The position numbers and the translations under genes were made by a program. A stretch of DNA of 64,000 nt from Ranitomeya imitator (Eukaryota): contig NC_091282.1 of the NCBI RefSeq assembly GCF_032444005.1, forward strand, positions 1,109,614,001 to 1,109,678,000. Reading direction: 5' to 3'. How positions within the stretch are numbered: the stretch's first letter is position 1; every line of letters starts with the position of its first letter. Positions 62,201 to 64,000 of the stretch are shown here, piece after piece. The notes beneath the pieces were generated by a model. It saw nothing but the letters and a program-made list of their open reading frames with translations. It had not been told where the DNA came from and did no database searches.

Positions 62201-62789
62201 CATCAGGGTCTGATTCTTGATCAGCACCCTGCGAGGGCAATGTTGTGGTCTGAGTCAAAGGACCAGCATAGTAGTCTGGCTGTGGCTGTGCGTCAGTGCA
62301 CTCCATGTCAGATTCAATTTGTAATGGGCATGGACTGTTAACTGCTTCACTTTCTAAGCCAGGGACGGTATGTGTAAAGAGCTCCATGGAGTAACCCGTT
62401 GTGTCGCCTGCTGCATTCTTCTCTGTTGTTGTTTTTGCTGAAGAGGACAAGGAAGTGACTTGTCCCTGACCGTGAACATCCACTAACGACGCGCTGCTTT
62501 TACTTTTACCAGTTTCACGAGATGAGGCAAAAGAGCTAGAGGCTGAGTCAGCAAGATAAGCCAAAACTTGCTCTTGCTGCTCCGGCTTTAAAAGCGGTTT
62601 TCCTAATCCCAGAAAAGGGAGCGTTCGAGGCCTTGTGTAGCCGGACGACGAACCTGGCTCCACAGCTCCAGACTTAGGTGCAATATTTTTTCCCCCACGA
62701 CCACCTGATGCTCCACCACTACCACTACCCTCATTACCAGCTGACAATGAACGCCCCCGGCCACGACCTCTTCCACTAGACTTCCTCAT
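59215..62789 (-). CDS. hAT transposase (BED finger, DDE core, dimerisation domain), ~1,200 aa, one frameshift at ~60592
   Basis: SAVWHFF..C..C..H..H BED finger; LTTDAWTS, VSDNGRN, CLAHTLNL, DVATRWNST and PAASVLSERVFS motifs. The frame changes from KSYPGLS to DLLLKVR. Confidence 0.93.
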
Positions 62790-63087
62790 TGTTTTAAAAA
62801 CGTAACCAAACTAACGTTATTTGTTGCAGTCACACAACTTACACGGTGAGCTATAACTTCAGTATGATTTAGCTACCCCTTTACAGGTTGGTGAGACCAC
62901 AGCGAAAATCAGGCCCAATGTTACACACTCTTTTTTTGGTGGCTGCAAATTAGAGAGATGCCCCACACGCAGGACTGTCACTGAAGCACAAATGTTAATA
63001 TTAATGTCACACTATTATTTTTTTTTTATTTTTATTTTTTTCAGGAACACTTTAGAAACCCCCCCCAAAAAAAAAAAAAGATTTTTG

Positions 63088-64000
63088 CAGGGAGAATTTA
63101 GAAAACAAATAAAACCAAAAATAGGCGTTCTATGGCCCACTGACTGAGAGATGACGCACCCAGGAGTCAAGACTGGCACACAAGCAGAAAGGCCAATATT
63201 AATCTCCCACTGTTTTTTTTTTTTTTTTTCAGGGAGACTTTAGAAAAAAAAATAATAAAAAAAATGTGATTTTATCAGGAAGAATTTAGAAACCAAATAA
63301 AATAAAATGATTTTTTCAGGGAGAATTTAGAAAACAAATAAAACCAAAAATAGGCGTTCTATGGCCCACTGACTGAGAGATGACGCACCCAGGAGTCAAG
63401 ACTGGCACACAAGCAGAAAGGCCAATATTAATCTCCCACTGTTTTTTTTTTTTTTTTTCAGGGAGACTTTAGAAAAAAAATAATAAAAAAAATGTGATTT
63501 TATCAGGAAGAATTTAGAAACCAAATAAAATAAAATGATTTTTTCAGGGAGAATTTAGAAAACAAATAAAACCAAAAATAGGCGTTCTATGGCCCACTGA
63601 CTGAGAGATGACGCACCCAGGAGTCAAGACTGGCACACAAGCAGAAAGGCCAATATTAATCTCCCACTGTTTTTTTTTTTTTTTTTCAGGGAGACTTTAG
63701 AAAAAAAAATAATAAAAAAAATGTGATTTTATCAGGAAGAATTTAGAAACCAAATAAAATAAAATGATTTTTTCAGGGAGAATTTAGAAAACAAATAAAA
63801 CCAAAAATAGGCGTTCTATGGCCCACTGACTGAGAGATGACGCACCCAGGAGTCAAGACTGGCACACAAGCAGAAAGGCCAATATTAATCTCCCACTGTT
63901 TTTTTTTTTTTTTTCAGGGAGACTTTAGAAAAAAAAATAATAAAAAAAATATGATTTTATCAGGAAGAATTTAGAAACCAAATAAAATAAAATGATTTTT
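63088..64000. repeat. ~229-bp tandem array, at least 4 near-identical copies, upstream of the hAT B transposase
   Basis: taggcgttct recurs at 63122, 63351, 63579 and 63808. Confidence 0.95.

Larger units (their letters stand above)
53367..64000 (-). mobile_element. Large hAT transposon B (>10.6 kb; the other end lies beyond the window)
   Basis: Terminus tagagttgagcga with subterminal aaacccga motifs; transposase at 59215-62789. Confidence 0.88.

Overview
This is eukaryotic, transposon-dense genomic DNA. The repeat families resemble those of anuran frogs, which is an inference from family style and not a database match. I can support no host protein-coding gene, rRNA, tRNA or CRISPR array. 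The window is a set of nested mobile elements: (i) four Tc1/mariner copies plus one 3' remnant, one copy a single base from intact; (ii) two hAT transposase elements, one being a >10.6-kb copy with a ~1,200-aa transposase broken by one frameshift and carrying three internal tandem arrays; (iii) hAT, Harbinger and TTAA/piggyBac-type non-autonomous elements; (iv) a near full-length CR1 LINE with an esterase ORF1 and 126-bp 5' monomers; (v) a probable non-autonomous Helitron; (vi) at least seven Penelope-like (PLE; RT plus GIY-YIG) pieces. The most notable features belong to the PLEs. They carry eight minimal hammerhead-ribozyme-like motifs (three with an intact catalytic core), several fold-back or inverted pLTR structures, a PLE nested inside a PLE, and a 9-kb composite bounded by a 13-bp target duplication inside a hAT BED finger. 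There is a 173-N assembly gap at 43796-43968.
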